This document shows positions 57,873-64,000 of a DNA stretch of 64,000 nt, piece after piece. Source of the DNA: Eledone cirrhosa. Its lineage: Eukaryota. The stretch spans positions 399,838,001 through 399,902,000 of the forward strand of contig OZ024740.1 in NCBI GenBank assembly GCA_964016885.1, in the 5' to 3' direction. A program made the position numbers and the translations under genes. The notes beneath the pieces were generated by a model, which did no database searches, was not told the origin of the DNA, and saw only the letters and a program-made list of their open reading frames with translations. The first letter of the stretch is position 1. Each line of letters begins with the position of its first letter.

Positions 57873-57941
<69 letters not shown>

Positions 57942-57989
57942 CTGAATATTAATATCAATGTACTTTTTTATATTGATATTATCAGGGCA

Positions 57990-58111
57990 TCCACTGATGA
58001 ATTATAAGAGCCCTCTTGCATGGATATCTATGGATTATATGCAAGCTTCTACATAAGTTGGACATTATTTTCCCACCTTGTAGAAATCTTATAACGAAAC
58101 GATCGTATGGA
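57990..58111 (+). ncRNA. Type I hammerhead ribozyme with branched stem II
   Basis: TCCA-CTGATGA-A-TTATAAGA-[two hairpins]-TCTTATAA-C-GAAA-CGATCG-TA-TGGA. Confidence 0.85.
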
Positions 58112-58291
58112 GAGAGAGATTTATTTAATTATGTCTCATATAAAATAATACAGCCGACTATCCACGAAATACAATATAGTTAGCACCCCAAACGTATAAT
58201 TGGGATTATACTCAGGTATATCCTAATGTTTGTTGAGTGAGATGGGAGTTGGTCGGATTATCGCTAAAAGCTTTCTCTGTTAATGTATTAA

Positions 58292-58329
<38 letters not shown>

Positions 58330-58484
58330 CGAAGGAGGTGTGGTAAGGAACCAGATGGACCATAACGCACCAAAGTACTCAATACTTAGGGTAGTAGAGT
58401 GGGTAATAAATGTATGACCCTGACGGCACGGCAGCTCAAGCCGTTTCGACGTCATACATTTTCCGTCGGGGTCATAAATTTTCC

Positions 58485-58547
<63 letters not shown>

Positions 58548-58699
58548 TATATATATATATTATATTATATTATTTATACTCCAGTCCTACAAACTGTAGA
58601 GTGCTACTTATCCGATATCTGTATTGCTTTATTGTACTACAATAAAACTCACCTCCTACATATGTATATATACATAAAAAAGTCTGTCTTAAGCCAGAA

Positions 58700-58950
58700 G
58701 GTTAATTTGGCCGGTGATTATCCCGGTTTCATGGCGTGAAGAGACTGAGGGTACAAGACTCCCCCCTGGACAGGACGCCAGTCCATCGCAGGGTTCAACC
58801 TCCAGCTATTGCTGGTACTCATTTTCAGCTGAGTATACTGGAGCTACGTAAAATGAAGTGTTTTGCTCAAGAACATAACCCGTAACCCAGGAATCGAACC
58901 CACGACATTATGATAGTAAGTCCAACACTCTTACCACTAGGCCACGTGCT

Positions 58951-58955
<5 letters not shown>
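58700..58955 (-). mobile_element. Second tRNA-derived SINE family
   Basis: Minus strand GTGGCCTAGTGGTAAG (box A) .. GGTTCGATTCC (box B) .. TTGAGCAAAACACTT; fragments also at 59083-59205 and ~34790-34930. Confidence 0.75.
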
Positions 58956-58988
<33 letters not shown>

Positions 58989-59204
58989 AACGATCGACTT
59001 TCGTCAAATCGGACCCAGGGAAGAATGTTTTCGTTGGCCTTTCTAATTGCTAATACTATCTATCGGTCGCAACTCCAGGTAGAAGGAGCAACGTGAAATA
59101 AAGTGTCTTGCTCAAGGACATAACGCATCGCCTGGTCTAGGAATCGAACTCACAACCTTACGATTGCGAATCCAATTCTCTAACCACTCAGCCGCACGCC
59201 TTCA

Positions 59205-59252
<48 letters not shown>

Positions 59253-59270
59253 ATATATATAATATATATA

Positions 59271-59320
<50 letters not shown>

Positions 59321-59396
59321 TATATATAATACATATATTATATATATAATATATAATATATATAATATATAATATATAATATATATAATATATATA

Positions 59397-59441
<45 letters not shown>

Positions 59442-59638
59442 AGAGATGAAATCGAAAATGCAACTGGAGTCTTATTTTTAAAAAAAATATATATATAATA
59501 AAGGAACCAAATAAATATATATATTTTAAAAAAAAAACATAAGACTCCAGTTGCATTTTCGATTTCATCTCTTTTTCTTTATACTTTCACTCTTGTAGGA
59601 CACCTCGGTTATTTTTCATTTTGTAAAAAAACCCTCAC

Positions 59639-60070
<432 letters not shown>

Positions 60071-60483
60071 CAAGCTTGAACCTTTACAAATCAACAATTT
60101 CAGTAGAAAAACGTGGTTCGGTAAGAAAGAAATGAGTATAGTGCATACACTTGGCTTGTAGGAAAGTAACTGGAAAGATGACAGGAATTTCATTAGGTCG
60201 ATCAACTGAATCGCTCGGTGTCTAGACCGATAGGAACTCCCTTTGTAATAAAGACAAATAAATATATATATACCAATAATGAATATAAATATATATATAT
60301 GGGTCTTCATAACTAAACATACACTTCCACACATCGGCCAGAGTATCTGCCAACTGTTCCTTCGAGTACATATAAATGCCCATTAGGTTTTGGAACAATA
60401 GACCTATGTCACTTTACTCTTTGCCCTTTCCTCATCGAATTCCTTAATTATCGCAATTAGTTGAATGCTTCATTTATGGATAA

Positions 60484-60585
60484 AATAATTGTTTCTATTT
60501 TTGCCAAGGTGGGATTTGAAATCAGAACGTAAAGGGTCATAACTCTATGCTGTAAAGCATGGCGTCTGACGCTCTACTGATACTG
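60484..60585 (-). mobile_element. Internally deleted SINE
   Basis: Head and tail of the major SINE family. Confidence 0.6.
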
Positions 60586-62689
60586 AAAATGCAATGTAGT
60601 GTTCTTTTCAACTCTGCACGTTTAATTCAAATACTGCTGCGATCAACTTCTATGATATCGAGGCCAATATATAACGAATATTTTCAGTACTGGGATAGGT
60701 TCTTTATTTTTATCCTTTGTCCTCTTTAAATTGTACATGTAATTCAAATTCCAACCTTGTCAAATTGTATCACGCTGATTTAATCTGAGAAGTGTTAAGG
60801 GTCCATATATCTGTGGAATACTCAGCTAATTACTGTCATGAACAGTAATTCAGTTGGTCAGAAAATTCAAAGCACAACGTCTGGCCGACGGAAAATCCAT
60901 TTTCTATTTCTAGTTATATGATATTTATTAGTTGATTAGATGTTGTGTCAACATACAACAAAACAGACAACACCGTTTCCATTTCTGTATCTCCTCTCGA
61001 ATGTTCGATATGTTTATATTTATGCTTTCCCAAAATACCTCCAATGGTTTTATTGAAGCAGTTTGTTTACCTTTTCATGTTATCTACCTGTCAAATGAAC
61101 ATGTTTGATTGTTCTAGTTGAGGTAGACCTTTGTTCCAACTGCCGTTAGTTACCCTTTTACTAACAGTTTATCTATGACCTTTCCATTCAATACGTACAT
61201 CTGGTCATATTGTGGCTTATATGTGATAATATAGTTATTCCTATTTTTGTTGTTGTCATTTGCTCAAAGTCATCCATGATCGAACAAACGTATGATTAAA
61301 GATATTCTAATTGTGAATACACTATCTTTTTACAGACACTGTGTATCTAGAAATACATTTGACCAATGTGTCCTTCCTCTTAAAGATGGTAGAATGAAAT
61401 TTAAGGGAAATTCGGCTACTATTTCTAGGGTGTCAAGCAATCATATAGACGCTGCATGTTTTGCCTATATTTTCTCTATTAGATGAGAAACTATTGTTAT
61501 CACACATGCGTCAACAAAGATACTGTTCATATGTGCATGGAGAAAGATTGGAAAGTATGGCGATCATGTCTTCCAGTAATTATTTTGAAGATTTATGGAA
61601 AGTGACATGGAAAGATGCAAGGCAAAGCTGGCGATTGGAAGAATCGTTAGTGTCTGACAAACCGCTTGTTACATTCTGAGTTCAAATCCTACCGATAAAG
61701 ATTTTGCCTTTCACCCTTTCTGAATTTATAAAGCAAACTTCAAGTCAAATACTGGGTCGATTTAATATTCATATGAAGTATACTAAATGTAAATGGAATT
61801 ATAATGGAAAACTCTGGAAGTATTTGATTCTGCATTCTTCTACGACAAATATTAATGATGACTTCGTAGTGTAAATGTTAATGTGAATACTTTACAGTAA
61901 TATTGTTTTGTCCATAAAGTTCAAATGCTGAGCTGACTGGCATATATTCGACCTGGGTCAACTTGGATCCTTCTATATAACAACTATAATAATGCTTTGC
62001 AATACTGCCTCTCATTGGCCTTCAATATTTGAAACTTTTTATTTCTATTTTTTTCCTGTTGTTTTCCTCTTTTTAAATTTATTTTTTATTTAAATTTATA
62101 TTTATTTTTATTCACCAGCTCTTTTTGATTACCAACTGTAAGGAGTACTAAATACTTGCCCTAGTCTGCCATGGCTTACTAGCTCTATACGGACGTTTAC
62201 ATTGATTAAATAAATACATAAATAAATATATACCTATATGATATGGCACTGTCTTACATTTACAACATTTTGGTTTCGTCCATATCATTTCTACATGTAA
62301 ATGCTGACCGGGTCGACTTATGTTCGACCTGGACCAATAAATCGAACACCGGTTATTGTTTAGTGAAAGGTCAACTCAGATTGAGTAAACCAACGATCAA
62401 AGAATTCCAGTCATGAATACCACATCTTATTTGTATATATAAAGACAACACAAGCAACACTACAAACAAAGATAACAAACATAAGCTTTGTTACTAAATA
62501 TTCCGACAGAAAGTCAGAAGGTAGGTTGAATTGATATGTATTTAGTCTGTCACCTGACGGTTTCTGGCAATCTATCCTCATTAAAACGAACATAAAATAT
62601 AACAAGCGAAGTCTCAGCAAGACACAACATACACCATTACCCCCCCCCCCCCCCCCCCCCCACACACACACACAACATACACCATCACC

Positions 62690-62962
62690 CACCGCCATCA
62701 CCACCACCACCACCACTACCGCCATCACTACCACCACCACCACAACCCCCACACCACCACCACAACCCCCCCACACCACCACCACCACCACCACCGCCAC
62801 CACCATCACTACCGCCATCACTACCGTCACCCTCCCCAACCATGACTCCGCCATCACCACCGTCACCACCACCACCACCACTACCACCACCACCACTACC
62901 AACACCATCACCACCATCACCTCCACAACTACCACCATCACTACGAACAGCGGAAGCAACAG

Positions 62963-63019
<57 letters not shown>

Positions 63020-63028
63020 CAACAACGA
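62690..63028. repeat. (CAC)n and (CAG/CAA)n trinucleotide repeats
   Basis: Direct reading. Confidence 0.9.
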
Positions 63029-63593
63029 ATACAATAAAAAGTTAAATAAAATAAAATATGTATCAACACCGAAGTTGATGTTAAAATTGCTTGCAATTCA
63101 CACTGTTGTCGACATATGCCCCCTTTTGACCTCTGGGTGTGTAGTATTTCGGAACACCAATCAGTCATGCAGTATATAATAAGGGTGCAGAGGTAGTGTG
63201 GGTTTACCGGGTGACTGAGTGCATTGCATGGGTAGAGGTTGTACTAGCGGTGTTTTTAACAGGGCGCCGGGATGAGGTAGAATTGTTGCTAGAGGTAATT
63301 GTCCTTTTATCAAACCCTACAAATATAATATAATTGTAAAAGACAACAAAAAACAAGTATAAAAACAAACACAACAAACAACAAAATAAATGAATGAAAA
63401 ATAAGTTTTTTTTTTATTTCCTTGTAAGTAAAACAATTTTCAACGTTAGTCACGTGACTATTTTATACAAGGGGGTGACGGGTAGTAAGGGTTAGGAGAT
63501 GATAGTGGATAGGATCTGGTAGCTGGCAGGGAATCTGACAGAGATAAATGAATTGATAGAATTATGGATGGACAGTTATATATATATATATAT

Positions 63594-63775
63594 TGGCGGG
63601 ATTTGAACTCAGAGTGTAAAGGGCCATAACTCTATGCTGCCAAGCATGGCGTCTGACGCTCTACCGATGCTGCCAATCCACCACATAATTTAAATAATGC
63701 AATAATTGTTTCTACTTTAGGCACAAGGCCAGCAATTAACCAGTGCATTACTGGTACTTTATTTTATCGACCCCA
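63594..63775 (-). mobile_element. Two SINE fragments
   Basis: Head fragment 63594-63684, tail fragment 63700-63775. Confidence 0.7.
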
Positions 63776-63848
63776 AAAATGCATATAAAACAGAATTTAT
63801 TTTAATGTATTTTTTGCTGTTGAATTGTATATACCTTTTTGACATTAC

Positions 63849-63917
<69 letters not shown>

Positions 63918-64000
63918 ATAGGGAGAAAAAGACTATTATTAGGAAGAAAAATATTTATTTTTTCTTTTTACAATAGTTTCAGATAAATACACATGCTACA

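Noticed and set aside
61292-61679. Non-repetitive short ORFs, possible host exons (also 34440-34566 and 29470-29660)
   Set aside because: No recognisable protein motif or consistent splice pattern; would need RNA-seq or homology search
62411-63168. Poly-V/L/C/P ORFs
   Set aside because: Trinucleotide repeats without domain or splice support

Overview
AT-rich, microsatellite-saturated animal non-coding DNA. The SINE family and (TA)n/(CA)n load suggest an octopus-like cephalopod (inference). I recognise no host protein-coding gene; most ORF-track entries are microsatellite artefacts. The window is dominated by debris of Penelope-like retroelements (PLEs). There are five RT and/or GIY-YIG coding remnants with Naiad-type signatures (GLYRDDG RT motif, CxC-x5-CPL-x3-C knuckle), plus many inverted or tandem pseudo-LTRs. 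Reading both strands by eye I find about 30 type-I hammerhead ribozyme (HHR) motifs from more than a dozen sequence families. These include U3-A8 covariant cores, palindromic (dimer-type) stem III, large stem II insertions and a retrozyme-like tandem pair. Also present: tRNA-derived SINEs with TSDs, RTE-LINE fragments (one with a candidate HDV-like ribozyme at its 5' end), non-autonomous Helitron-like elements, a MITE and tandem repeats. One PLE has an in-frame TGA at a conserved zinc-knuckle Cys (possible selenocysteine). All coordinates were read by eye and may be off by a few bases.
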